Assembly: GCA_964035545.1 (NCBI GenBank)
Contig: OZ037773.1
Location: 10,507,751 to 10,571,750, forward strand
Direction of reading: 5' to 3'
Length of the DNA: 64,000 bases
From: Bugula neritina
Taxonomy: Eukaryota; Animalia; Bryozoa
Shown here: piece by piece, positions 12,094-24,382 of the stretch
Position numbering within the stretch: position 1 is the stretch's first letter
Layout of the letters: the number at the start of each line of letters is the position of its first letter
The notes under the pieces: generated by a model
The model's database searches: none
Told to the model about the DNA's origin: nothing
Seen by the model: only the letters and a program-made list of their open reading frames with translations
Translations under genes and position numbers: made by a program

Positions 12094-13299
12094 ATATTTT
12101 AATATTCTCAGCTGATATGTCTTTTGACCAATAGCTATAGTAATTAGCGTCATTTATTCATACTTCACAGATGAAACTAATCTGGCAGGTAAAATTAAAC
12201 AGCAGGTAAAACTGTTGAACGAGTTAAACTAGCCAATCAGCATCCTTTACCTGTCAGTAGAATGTTCGTCACACATCTTGGATGTTTTTGGGTTGAAGTA
12301 TCCAACTTCAAACGTTTTTTAAATATTTAACAGTTTGGACCAGCAAAACTTTAAAAAAGAATTTGATTGATAATAGTTATGTAAGATATTTGTAGTATGC
12401 AGTTGATGATATCATAGATAACATTTAAGTACATAATAATTATACCATTATATAATTATTATATGATTATATAATTATTATATTGTAATGTTATGATATG
12501 TCGTTATATTATTATATTTATGTTATAATAATGTGATGCATTATTGTTTTATATATTATATAATAATAAATATAAATAATATAAATTGTATCATAATGTT
12601 ACATTATAGTATTATAATATAGTACTATAATACAATTTTTACTGTTTTTTCTTTATGGAAACTTTTTGTCAACCCCAACTTTTGTTCCAGCTGAGAAAGC
12701 TACTCTAATGAGCATTTGAGTTAATTTAGATCGGCTTGGATTAATGCAAACTAACTTGAATTTTTTGTAAATTTAAATGGTTGAATCATATGATATCCTT
12801 GGAAGTTTTATTGAAGTGTAATGCATGTGGTGCTGTCAGATTTAATCAGAGTGTAATGTATTCAAGATTTCACTCTTTTGCTACAAAGAATGCCAATTGA
12901 GGAATCAATGGCAAAACTTTAACCATGAACAGTTTTGTAAACTGATGTGAATTTTATACTTATACTAAGCTATATAGTACGATAATTTATTATAAAAATA
13001 TAAATACAACACAGAGTACTTATCCAAGCTGAAACACTAACGCACCATTTAACCAGTAGACAGACAGACAGACAGACATACAGACAGACATTCAGCTGCC
13101 TGCTGTCTTTCGAGTAATTTAGTCATCATAAAGTTGTGCTATTTATCACGTCGTTGGAATCATAACATGTGCTTCATTACTATAGTATACAGTATAGAAT
13201 ATGCCTTCTATTTTGTAACTTGCTGAAAAAATGCTACTATTTTAAGTTATCTAATGCTTCTTATCACAAAAGTCTGGCACATGCTTGCATAAACCCAAA

Positions 13300-13570
13300 T
13301 AATATATATAATATAATATAATTTATATAATATAATATAACGTATATAATATAATATAATGTATATAATATAATATAATGTATATAATATAATATAATGT
13401 ATATAATATAATATAATGTATATAATATAATATAATGTATATAATATAATATAATGTATATAATATAATATAATGTATATAATATAATATAATGTATATA
13501 ATATAATATAATGTATATAATATAATATAATGTATATAATATAATATAATGTATATAATATTATAATAAT
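13300..13570. repeat. 19-bp AT-rich minisatellite
   Basis: (ATAATATAATATAATGTAT)n. Confidence 0.92.
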
Positions 13571-13952
13571 TGTATCTGTTTTCAAATTGTTGTACTGCAA
13601 AAATTACACTAAATGCTGTGCTGTAGCTGATCATAGAATGTGTACTTAAATTATATAATATTTAATCTCTTAGCAAGGTTTTGGTCTGTATATTCACTGA
13701 CATTCAAGGATAAATTATATATCACAGTGTAGCATATTGATACAACATATATTATATATTTTATATATGAAAAGTATATTTCTCTTTTATATAATACTTC
13801 CAATTAGTACTTTGAATTACCAGTTTGACTGTTTAGCATAAATAGCATATTTTCGTTGCGTAGCGACAAAAAGAGGTGGCTTCAATATTCAGATCATTTG
13901 TAGTTGCTTTAAGTTACTGTAGAGCTATTGGTGAGTAACAATTAGAACTAAA

Positions 13953-14646
13953 TTGTATTGTAGAGTATATACTAGATAGTGACTTGTATTGTAGAGTATA
14001 TACTAGATAGTGACTTATATTGTAGAGTATATACTAGATAGTGACTTATATTGTAGAGTATATACTAGATAGCGACTTATATTGTAGAGTATATACTAGA
14101 TAGCGACTTATATTGCAGAGTATATACTAGATAGTGACTTGTATTGCAGAGTATATACTAGATAGTGACTTGTATTGTAGAGTATATACAAGATAGTGAC
14201 TTATATTGTAGAGTATATACTAGATAGTGACTTATATTGTAGAGTATATACTAGATAGTTACTTGTATTGTAGAGTATATACTAGATAGTGACTTGTATT
14301 GTAGAGTATATACTAGATAGCGACTTGTATTGTAGAGTATATACTAGATAGTGACTTATATTGTAGAGTATATACTAGATAGCGACTTGTATTGTAGAGT
14401 ATATACTAGATAGTGACTTATATTGTAGAGTATATACTAGATAGTGACTTGTATTGTAGAGTATATACTAGATAGTGACTTATATTGTAGAGTATATACT
14501 AGATAGTGACTTATATTGTAGAGTATATACTAGATAGTGACTTATATTGTAGAGTATATACTAGATAGTGACTTGTATTGTAGAATATATACTAGATAGT
14601 GACTTGTATTGTAGAGTATATACTAGATAGTGACTTATATTGTAGA
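13953..14646. repeat. 31-bp minisatellite ending at the acceptor before the lectin copy 1 ATG (about 22 copies)
   Basis: Unit GACTTATATTGTAG|AGTATATACTAGATAGT; the last copy reads TATATTGTAG|AATATG. Confidence 0.94.
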
Positions 14647-14648
14647 AT

Positions 14649-15833
14649 ATGCCATCTAGTGAGAGAGTATTTGTCACCCTGCTATGTCTCATAACGCCGA
14701 GCCTGGCCACGCCCATATGTCAGACTACAAAGAAGGTGACACTCAGTAACGACACGTTTTCATACGCACTGTGCTATGCAGGAAACGTAACGAGTATGGC
14801 TGAGAGCCAAAAGATTTGCTCCGATTACCTCTACGGCGGTAGTCTAGTGACTTTTGAGGACGAAGAGGAGTTTGACTTTATAAATAGATTTATTCAACTC
14901 ACCGGTATCATAGGCATCTGGTTCTTTGGCAGAGGTGAGAGCTTGTTTAGCTCACTGAATATACACAAAATAAATTGTATATAAGTTTGATTTAAGTGGC
15001 TTTTTATAGTCTTGATGTAAAGGTATTATTTGCAGTATATGTTAGTGTTCCAACAGTAAAGTGCTGTTGAAAAGAACACAATAGACTGCCCTCTAGACAT
15101 CAGTTGATGACTCCTGTTTTTACGTCTGCAATGCTCCATCAGAGCACGCTTTGACATTACCTTTCTTTCTCTGCTTTCATTAGAGAACCAACTTAACAAC
15201 ATCTCAGAGTTATCTCTCCATGATTTAGTGATTTCTCACAACTAAACATTAAAGTGAAATTATTCTCACATTTATCACCATGTCTATTTTTATGCTAAAT
15301 TTTTTGTTGAATTTGTTTTATTTACAGACGAATTCACGTATATGCCAGGATTTGTCCAGAGGAAAAGCAACGGCAGCGACGAGTTGCTGACGGGAGAGTA
15401 TTACTGGATTGACAAGCTCAACACTACAGTAACCAATGAGAGCTCCACATACTGGCAGCCATTTTCCTTCGTCATCACTAACTACAGTCAGCAGATGCAG
15501 TCGGTGAAACTCAACGCTAACTTCGTGTTGAACGGGAGAGGTGAATGGTTCCCCGGAGAGAGTGTGACTGGAGGCAGATCTCAGACTACAATGGACGGAG
15601 TTATCTGTAAGAGAAGAGGCGCGTACGGAGATGATATTGTGGGCACAACTCCTGAACTGGAAGAGCTGCTGACCACCAGTTTGCCTCAGCAGGATTCAGA
15701 GGGCGTCAAGGAGAGCAGAAGGAACACAGAGAGCACCACTCGACTACGCCCTGCGCTCTCAGCTAGTCTCACACTCAGGGCGTGTAAAGAAACAGTAACA
15801 GTGCTGGCTTTAGCAGTTTTACTTTGCATATGA
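14649..15833 (+). CDS. Atypical C-type lectin-like domain protein, copy 1 (two coding exons)
   Basis: Exon 14649-14934, GT..AG intron 14935-15327, exon 15328-15833, joining as FGRD-EFTYMPGF in frame. Signal peptide, SQKIC...SLVTFEDEEEFDFI, YYWID, SSTYWQP, GVIC, hydrophobic C-terminus. Confidence 0.85.
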
Positions 15834-16204
15834 CCTCTAGTGCAGATATCATCAATAACTCAATGGAGATGAGTATTAGAACTCAATGATTAGAAACCGA
15901 GTCAAGCCGTTATTATTATCTGCAACTTACAGCTGACTGGGGCATCAAACTGTTTGCTGTTAGATTGTTTTACCTGGAATAACAAATACAAATATACAAT
16001 ATATACATACATTATAAATATATACACTAATGCATTATTATATGCATATATAAGTAAGCTCGTAAATATATTAGCTACACAAGAATATATATCATATTAT
16101 TATTATTAAGTAATATATCATTATTATAGTTTACTATAAAAAACCTTTACACATTTTGCATCTTTTACAAAGATACAAAAGTTAACACGAACAATTTCAA
16201 CAAT

Positions 16205-16365
16205 ACAAGTGAAGACAACTCTGTGTAGCATGTTATGTTGACGTTCTCAGTCTATGAGAAGACAACCCTGTATAGTATATTATGCTGACGTTCTCAGTCT
16301 ATGAGAAGACAACCCTGTATAGTATATTATGTTGATGCTCTCAGTCTATGAGAAGACAACTTTAT
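16205..16365. repeat. 47-bp tandem repeat (about 3 copies)
   Basis: GAAGACAACCCTGTATAGTATATTATG..TCTCAGTCTATGA. Confidence 0.85.
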
Positions 16366-17319
16366 ATAATGTAATATGTTTTAACTGCAGCTTACTTCTC
16401 ATGTTTTGAAATTCAATTATATTTGTTTAAAATCTGTTTAACGAAACTGATCTCAATAAATGAAAAAAATATATTTAACAAATTATTTTATTAGTTACTG
16501 ACCAGTGCAAAAGTAGAATCAGACTTACAATCAACACTGGTATGTGAAGTATTCATTATTGCAGACTTCTATTTATATTGACTTGTTAGGAGCTCATACT
16601 TAGGTTAGGGAGATCATACTTAAGTTCAGTTCTTTGAGTTTTCTGTGGACTTTGATTCAGAGTTCTGTAAACTAATATATAACTTGGAATGCTACAAACT
16701 AGTACACTGAACCACTAACTCTGTTCAAAAGGTGATACAACAATCTACTTCTTTTATTAAATCTGCAGCATTCAGAGAAAGAATTGAAAAGTTTGTTCTT
16801 TTAAATATTTTCTATTGAGTTATTTTGGTAACTGGTACTAAACTACATGCAGGATACCGAATCCAACAATTAACCTCCTTAGAGCAAGGAGATAATCTCT
16901 ACAAGCTAACTCTTAACTAATTGTCAGTCTTCTGTATTGTGAAGAGAAACTTCTTGAAGGAAGAATTTTGTGAAATTAAATAAATTATTTAAGTCAAGCT
17001 AAGCCAAGTTGTCCAGTTGTTATATTTTACTAAATAGTAAACATTTTCAAAATTCCAAATTAATAATTATTGAGACTAAAATGGATATTTATACAATTTT
17101 GGCAAAGCTAGCAAAGCTAGTTCAAGCCCTAAATTTATCTGACGGTTTTGTTACTGACAATATATTGATATTCTGATGCTGTTAGATTAGACCTGCAAGA
17201 TGCCAGCTGTGTGATGGAGACCGGTCAACTGGCTCTGTGTATTCATGTGTCATAGTCTCTCTAAAGTCTTACATACTAACTGACTACATTGTAGCTAAAG
17301 ACTCAACATTGGCCAGTCT

Positions 17320-18045
17320 ATGGCTAGATGTACGAGTATAACATTGGCTGTCTTGTTCCTAGTCTACGCAGCTGCAGACAACTCCAACTGTGACCTCAGA
17401 GAGCACGAAGTAGGCAATGTCACGTTCGAGTACAAGGTGTGTAAGGACGACACTCCTGTCACGCAGTTTGCTAGTAGCACGTTGTGTAATGTCGCTCTAC
17501 CCGGCAGCCATCTTGTCACCTTCAAAACCAAAGATGAATTTGATTTTGTCTTAGAATTTCTCAGCAGTACGACACTCATTTCATCAAACGACTTCCGATT
17601 TATTCCAGGGTTCTATCATCACAAAAGAGGAAGTCCTGAAAATCTAATCTCTCAGAAGTTCTACTGGCTAGACGATATCAACACCAGGGTGACAGAGAAC
17701 AGCTCCACCTACTGGCAACCCTTCAACAGTCACATCACTCAGTTTGCCAGCCTCAACGAGAGTCAGCAACAGCTTGCCTACTTCGTCATGAATATCCAGG
17801 GAGAAGTCCTTCCTGGTGGCACTTTTCTTGTAGAGGAAACACAGACGGCCGTTAGCGGGTATGTGTGTAAGAAGGAAAAGGGAGCGCTGTATGAAACTGT
17901 AGCAATCTACATCCCGTCTCCTCCCGGGACTACGGCAGACTCAGATCAGCAGCAGATCGGAGTGTCGGCTGCAACAGAAAATATCATCTCTAATTACATA
18001 TTAGCAGTACTTTCTCTCCTGCTCATAGAATATCTGAACTTGTAA
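17320..18045 (+). CDS. Atypical C-type lectin-like domain protein, copy 2
   Basis: Single ORF of 241 aa: signal peptide, SHLVTFKTKDEFDFV, FYWLDD, SSTYWQP, GYVCKK, hydrophobic tail. Confidence 0.88.
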   Translation: MARCTSITLAVLFLVYAAADNSNCDLREHEVGNVTFEYKVCKDDTPVTQFASSTLCNVALPGSHLVTFKTKDEFDFVLEFLSSTTLISSNDFRFIPGFYHHKRGSPENLISQKFYWLDDINTRVTENSSTYWQPFNSHITQFASLNESQQQLAYFVMNIQGEVLPGGTFLVEETQTAVSGYVCKKEKGALYETVAIYIPSPPGTTADSDQQQIGVSAATENIISNYILAVLSLLLIEYLNL

Positions 18046-18569
18046 ACTTGTTGGCTTAATATTTTCTGAACATGATTTAAATATTGTTTGCAAAGGGATT
18101 TCCCAAGTGGAACATTATGTATACAGACTGTTCTCTCTGTTTAAGACTTGTTCTGCTATTAACTCATTAGCAAACGTTGTGAAAACTTTTTGATAACTTA
18201 AATTAATAAAAGACTCTAAATAAAGTGTATAAAGCTTCATGAAAATTGCAATATTTTATTATGTCAAAGATCATTTGAATGTTACCAAAACAATTGATGC
18301 TATTGTTTAAATACTTGACATTTCTGAAAGTAAAATCATATCATATTAAGTTTGTTTTCTTTAAGTAAAAACTTTTAATTCAAAAGTGAATGTAAATAGT
18401 TGGACTACATCGCCAATAGGCTTGATGGATCAAATTGTACTGCTTTACAGCTGCTTCTTTGTATAGGTGGAACAACTTCAAATCTCTGTTTTGTTTCACA
18501 GAAATTACTAGAAAGTTAACTTAATTGCTCGTTTACGGTGAAATTTAATTCGACCTGTGCTGATTGCCG

Positions 18570-19226
18570 ATGACCATGAGCACACTGGGTGTGATCACAT
18601 TATGTCATCTGATAGTTCTTGCGTCTTCATCAACCGAGGAGTGTGTGTCTGGGGTACACAAATTGAACGGCGCTCTTTTCCCCTACACGGCGTGCCACGG
18701 CATGAATGTCACCGACCTTGAGTCAAGTCGAAACGCCTGCATGGCTCTGACTCCAGTCAGTGATGTCATCACTTTCACCGATGAAAACGAATTTGTTTTT
18801 ATCTCACACTTGATCACTCAGCTATCCCAGATCTCACCCAAAGACTTCAAATACATGCCAGGCCTGTTTCAGACTAGCAGGGATAACAGATTTAACCCGG
18901 AAACTGGTGACTATTACTGGATTAATGAGCCAAACACAACAATTACGAATGAAAGCTCGAGTTACTGGCAGCCATTTGACTTTGTCATCACCAGGTTTAA
19001 TGAGCAGTCATTGTATATAAAACAAAGGAGCACGTTTGTACTCACCGGGTTAGGTGGTTTGTTTTCAGGGGGAAGTCTCACTTGGTCCAAATCTGTCACT
19101 CCATTCAATGGAATTGTATGCAGAGGAATTCTGCCACAATCTTTAGCAAATGGAGGGCATTGTGCTTCCTACCAAATTCTGTTCATGCTTGTTGCATTCT
19201 TGACACTCGTATTGGTGTTTAATTAA
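18570..19226 (+). CDS. Atypical C-type lectin-like domain protein, copy 3
   Basis: First ATG at 18570 (the track starts at a TTG); same motif set; near-identical to copy 4. Confidence 0.88.
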   Translation: MTMSTLGVITLCHLIVLASSSTEECVSGVHKLNGALFPYTACHGMNVTDLESSRNACMALTPVSDVITFTDENEFVFISHLITQLSQISPKDFKYMPGLFQTSRDNRFNPETGDYYWINEPNTTITNESSSYWQPFDFVITRFNEQSLYIKQRSTFVLTGLGGLFSGGSLTWSKSVTPFNGIVCRGILPQSLANGGHCASYQILFMLVAFLTLVLVFN

Positions 19227-20369
19227 CTGGTGATACACAGCAACGCTTCACTCAGGTTTGCAACAAGCGATTAATAAAACATTTTCTTATAAACTGCTAT
19301 ATTATTATATTATATTATATTATTATTATATTGAACTTATATCACTCCAGTTTCAATAATAAAAAGCTTTTTGTTTTTTTACCAGTTGAATTCTAACAAA
19401 TTAATAATTAAATACTTTTCCAGGATAGTCTTTTAAACTCTGAAACTCTTATAGGAAAAAAGCAAAAACGTAAAGTCTTTCAGCTGTGTAAGACGTTGGC
19501 TAAAACTTCATATAGGTACAACTCGAGAACATACAATTGGCGTTTTGTTATTTTATAGTATATGTTATGCTATCTCATATAATATTGTATTAAATGATAT
19601 ATTAGAAGTAAGCCTGCAAACTAAATGTTCAACACCTGATGAAGACTGATGAGAGGTAAACTTGCTGCAGCTCAATTAAAGCCATACAACAATAACTTGC
19701 AATAAATATTTCAAATACTTGTAATATGGTGATATTTCTTGAAACTATTATGAATTAGTAAGTTGCTATTAACCTATGACAATAGTCTATCTCACTTTGA
19801 CATAGAAATTCTCACTTACTATATAGTACTGTTACTTTAGAATAGAAGTGTTGTTCAGTTTCTCACATTTAGCCAGTCATATTTTTATTGCAAAACTGTT
19901 GATGTATTTTTAATACTGAATGTAGCGTTTTCTTACACTAAATTAACTTATCATCATTCCTTGTTATGGTAAACATGTTGATATGATAAATGTTATTATA
20001 TAGTAAACATGTGTGTACTAAATTTAATAAAATCACCCAGCATGGAAGTTCCTGAGAATAGCTATATATGTCCAAGGCTGTTCAAGTGTTACTGGAATAA
20101 GTTATGCTATACTCCCAGAGCTTATGATTTCCCAATGTAAACTTGAGTTTGATCTCTTCTGCTTGCATGTGGAGGATACAACTTCAAGTCTTCCTTCTGT
20201 TTGTCGAAATTGATAGAAAATTTATTTCAATATGAAAAGCAAACAAAAAGAATGTTCTAATGCTCGTTCCCAGGGAACTTTAATTTAACTAGTGAAATCT
20301 AATTTTTTCAGACAATATATTCTTATCTGTATTTGAAAATAATCTAAATATTGTTTGTGTAGATCGCCG

Positions 20370-21026
20370 ATGACCATGAGCACACTGGGTGTGATCACAT
20401 TATATCATCTGATAGTTCTTGCTTTTTCGTCAACAGAGGAGTGTGTGTCTGGGGTACACAAATTGAACGGCGCTCTTTTCCCCTACACGGCGTGCCACGG
20501 CATGAATGTCACCGACCTTGAGTCAAGCCGAAAAGCCTGCAGGGCTCTGACTCCAGTCAGTGATGTCATCACTTTCACCGATGAAAACGAATTTGTTTTT
20601 ATCTCACACTTGATTACTCAGCTATCCCAGATCTCACCCAAAGACTTCAAATACATGCCAGGTTTGTTTCAGATTAGCAGGGATAACAGGTTTAACCCAG
20701 AAACTGGTGACTATTACTGGATTAATGAGCCAAACACAACAATTACGAATGAAAGCTCGAGTTACTGGCAGCCATTTGACTTTGTCATCACCAAGTTTAA
20801 TGAGCAGTCACTGTATACAAAACAAAGGCGCACGTTTGTACTCACCGGGTTAGGTGGTTGGCTTCCAGGAGGGAATGTCGGAGATCGGCCTGAATCTGAC
20901 ACTCCATTCAGTGGAATTGTATGCAGAGGAATTCTGCAGCAATCTTTAGTGAATGGAGGACGTTGTGCTTCCTACCAAATGCTGTTCATGCTTGTTGCAT
21001 TCTTGACACTCGTGTTAAAAGTTTAA
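20370..21026 (+). CDS. Atypical C-type lectin-like domain protein, copy 4
   Basis: ATG at 20370, just after a TGTGTAG acceptor; recent duplicate of copy 3. Confidence 0.88.
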   Translation: MTMSTLGVITLYHLIVLAFSSTEECVSGVHKLNGALFPYTACHGMNVTDLESSRKACRALTPVSDVITFTDENEFVFISHLITQLSQISPKDFKYMPGLFQISRDNRFNPETGDYYWINEPNTTITNESSSYWQPFDFVITKFNEQSLYTKQRRTFVLTGLGGWLPGGNVGDRPESDTPFSGIVCRGILQQSLVNGGRCASYQMLFMLVAFLTLVLKV

Positions 21027-22134
21027 GGTTAAAGGTCACAGGTCAACCTGCCATAAGTTTACAGCATTAAGACTTTCTGTCGGGTTTTCATCTAATAATT
21101 CAAAGAAACATGTTCTAATAAAACTTATATTATAATAAACGTGTATTATTATATTGAAGCTGTCATTTCAATATATTAAAGCTTGTAGTAGTTTCAATCT
21201 TTAATTATTTTTGTTACTGTGTCAGCTTGGATGCACACAAACTAATAATTTAATATTTTTCTCAAAATAGCTTTTTAAAATCTGAATTTCTCAGAAAAAA
21301 AAACAAAAACTAGCATAGGCTAATATTTTAGCTATGTAGGAAAAGGATAAAACTTTGTAGAAATCAGTAATGGGTATGTTGTTGTAGTTTAGTAGACTAT
21401 TACAGGTGTGGTTTATGGAGTGCGGGACTGCTGGTTCATAATCTGAGAGTTGAGGAGTTGTTACGTTGTTATGAACAACTATATTTACACAACTAATTAC
21501 AAAAAGCAAAGTATAAACAATAAAAAGATTAGAATACACAAGTGACTAGCTTAACTCTATATCTATCTCTATACTTATAACTCTATATCTATCTCAATAC
21601 TCAGTTTCTCTCTGCACTTGGTCATATTGCACTGTATTGTATTATACAATAATAACTTATATGTTACATCTGTAAAATAATTGCCCCCTTCCAGGATACG
21701 AACCACAGACCTCTGGCTTGCAAGCATGCATGCTAACTAATTATACAACATCATTACACTATATTAAGTTATATGATATTGCATCACCTTACATTACATT
21801 GCATGATAATAATATAATATTATAAATAACAATACAAACATTTAAACCCTGACAAATATGGATGACATTCCAATTTCCTACAGATATTTTGAAGCCATAC
21901 AACAACAACTAGCAATAATATTTCAAATATTTTGGTGATATTTTTTGAAGCTATCATAGAATGGTAAGTTGATATTAAAATATAACATTAATTTAATCTA
22001 CTCTGATGCAGCGGTTGCCATTGATTATAGTAGTGATATTTTAGAATAGGAGTGTTGTACATTTAAACCATCACAGTTTTCACACATTTAAGCAGTTGGA
22101 TTTATATTCAAGCTAAACTATAAAAGCAATTTTG

Positions 22135-22390
22135 GGTAAAAATGTCACAGGCAATATGGCACAAATGGAAAGTTTGTAAAAATGTTACACTGGTGTTAAT
22201 ATTTCTCAAGCCCCAGCCCCTAAAGCCTCCACCGACCTTAAACCTTCACCCCAAACCAGAAACTCCTTCCAAACCCCAAATTCAAACATCATCTTAAATT
22301 CCTACCCCCCTCTTAATATTGAATTTTTGCCACTTTAGTTAACTTTTACTGTGCCATTATTGCCTGTATTATGTTTACTGGACATTATGG
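22135..22390. mobile_element. Degenerate MITE-like element with subterminal inverted motifs
   Basis: CAGGCAATATGGCACA (~22147) versus TGTGCCATTATTGCCTG (~22350), around a C-rich AAACCC-like core. Confidence 0.4.
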
Positions 22391-22516
22391 AAGCAGTATT
22401 ACAAGTTGCTGTCTATTTTAATGCCAAGTGTAAATTATTTTCAACAACAAATAAACTTATGATAAACAGCAGCATAGTTTGCTTTTTTTTTGTTTAGATT
22501 TGAGATCAAGTTCAAA

Positions 22517-23488
22517 ATGTTTGGAAAGATCTTGGTATTTGGAGCCTTTTGCATGGCTCTATTGACAGGCGCCATGACAAAAGCAGCCTGTCTATCTAGT
22601 ACCTATGCTAGAGACAATCAAAACACATTCTCGTACACTGCGTGCAGTGACAAGAATGTGACCAACCTCAATACTAGCCGAGAGGCGTGTGAACAAATTG
22701 CTCCTCTCAGCGACGTCATCACATTTGCCAATGCCTTGGAGTTCGACTTTGTCAATAATTTAATCGAGGCTCTGACTAGCGGGTCACCGGCCGACTTCCA
22801 TTACATGCCGGGGTTCTTCCAAAGAGATAGGGATAACAGATTCAACCCAGAGACTGGAGAATACTTCTGGATCGATGACTTGGTCACAAACGTCACAGAG
22901 AAGAGCAGCTCCTATTGGCAGCCTTTTGCTGATCTGATTACGAATTTTGACAATCAAACGCTGCAGCTACGCCAGACACAGACGTTTGTACTGAATGGTA
23001 TTGGACAGCTTTTTCGAGGACAAGCTATCAAATCTGATATTTCTATAACTCCATTTGATGGGGTTGTTTGCAGGGATGTACACCCGCAACCAACCACACC
23101 ATCACCTGTCACTAAACAACCACATGCCACTACACCACCACCTGTCGCTACACAACCACCTGTCACTACACCACCACCTGTCGCCACACAACCACCTGTC
23201 ACTACACCACTACCTGTCACTACACCACCACCTGTCACTACACCACTACCTGTCACTGCACAACCACCTGTCACTGCACAACCACCTGTCACTACACCAC
23301 CACCTGTCACTACGCAACTACCTGTCAATACTACTGAGCCTCCCACTTCAGTCTCCTCACAAGTAACAACTGAAAATGCTGAGGAAACTGCTAAGGCAAA
23401 GTCCAAAGCAGCTTCTAACCAGCAGCAAGCACTCATCACAGCCGTGACAGCGCTGTTGGTAGTAGCAAATGCGGTCATTGACTTTTAG
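22517..23488 (+). CDS. Atypical C-type lectin-like domain protein with mucin-like Pro/Thr stalk, copy 5
   Basis: ATG at 22517 (MFGKILVFG); same lectin-like motifs; an 18-bp coding repeat gives (T/A)TPPPV or TQPPV units; hydrophobic C-terminus. Confidence 0.88.
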   Translation: MFGKILVFGAFCMALLTGAMTKAACLSSTYARDNQNTFSYTACSDKNVTNLNTSREACEQIAPLSDVITFANALEFDFVNNLIEALTSGSPADFHYMPGFFQRDRDNRFNPETGEYFWIDDLVTNVTEKSSSYWQPFADLITNFDNQTLQLRQTQTFVLNGIGQLFRGQAIKSDISITPFDGVVCRDVHPQPTTPSPVTKQPHATTPPPVATQPPVTTPPPVATQPPVTTPLPVTTPPPVTTPLPVTAQPPVTAQPPVTTPPPVTTQLPVNTTEPPTSVSSQVTTENAEETAKAKSKAASNQQQALITAVTALLVVANAVIDF

Positions 23489-23639
23489 AGATGACTACTC
23501 AACCATAGTGATTCACATTACTAACCAACACTCTGTATAAGCAAGCAAGCAAGCAATTCAATAAAACTTTACACTAAACATTTCAACTGCAGGTCTAATG
23601 TTGATTTTGAATTTAGAACTATAGTGTGTACCTCTACTA

Positions 23640-24170
23640 GAATCTATAAACTAAAATACACTCATACTATAGACTAAAATACACTTATACTATAGACTAA
23701 GATACACTTATACCATAGACTAAAATACACTTATACTATAGACTAAGATATAATTATACTATAGACTAAGATACACTTATACTATATACTAAAATACACT
23801 TATACCATAAACTAAAATACACTTATACCATAGACTAAAATACACTTATACCATAGACTAAAATACACTTATACCATATACTAAAATACAAGTATACTAT
23901 AAACTAAAATACACTTATACCATTATAGACTAAAATACACTTATACTATATACTAAAATACACTTATACCATAGACTAAAATACACTTATACCATATACT
24001 AAAATACAAGTATACTATAAACTAAAATACACTTATACCATTATAGACTAAAATACACTTATACTATATACTAAAATACACTTATACCATAGACTAAAAT
24101 ACACTTATACTATATACTAAAATACACTTATACTATATACTAAAATACACTTGTACTATAGACTAAGATG
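23640..24170. repeat. 22-bp minisatellite
   Basis: (ACTAAAATACACTTATACYATA G/T)n. Confidence 0.92.
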
Positions 24171-24261
24171 CAAGTATGATATAGGCAAATAAAGTCTAAT
24201 TATATCAAGCGTGTAGCCTTAATCATAGTGTAATTGATTATCATGAAATTAGTGGCAGTAG

Positions 24262-24382
24262 CTAAACACATAGGTAAGACAACTTCTTTATGGCGCAAGG
24301 AAAATTAAACACATAGGTAAGACAACTTCTTTATGGCGCAAAAAACTAAACACATAGGTAAGACAACTTCTTTATGACGCAA
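24262..24382. repeat. ~42-bp triple repeat containing CATAG|GTAAGA
   Basis: AAACACATAGGTAAGACAACTTCTTTATG(G/A)CGCAA occurs three times upstream of lectin copy 6. Confidence 0.88.

Noticed and set aside
12270-12960. Possible DNA-transposon remnant
   Set aside because: No clear TIR pair or TSD found by eye; needs a repeat-library search.
13953-14646. CRISPR-like appearance of regular repeat arrays
   Set aside because: Units are head-to-tail with no unique spacers, the context is eukaryotic spliced genes, and there are no cas genes.
22954-23478. Antisense ORFs over the lectin, Claspin, K2P and Ero1 exons
   Set aside because: Shadow frames of real coding sequence with no independent support.
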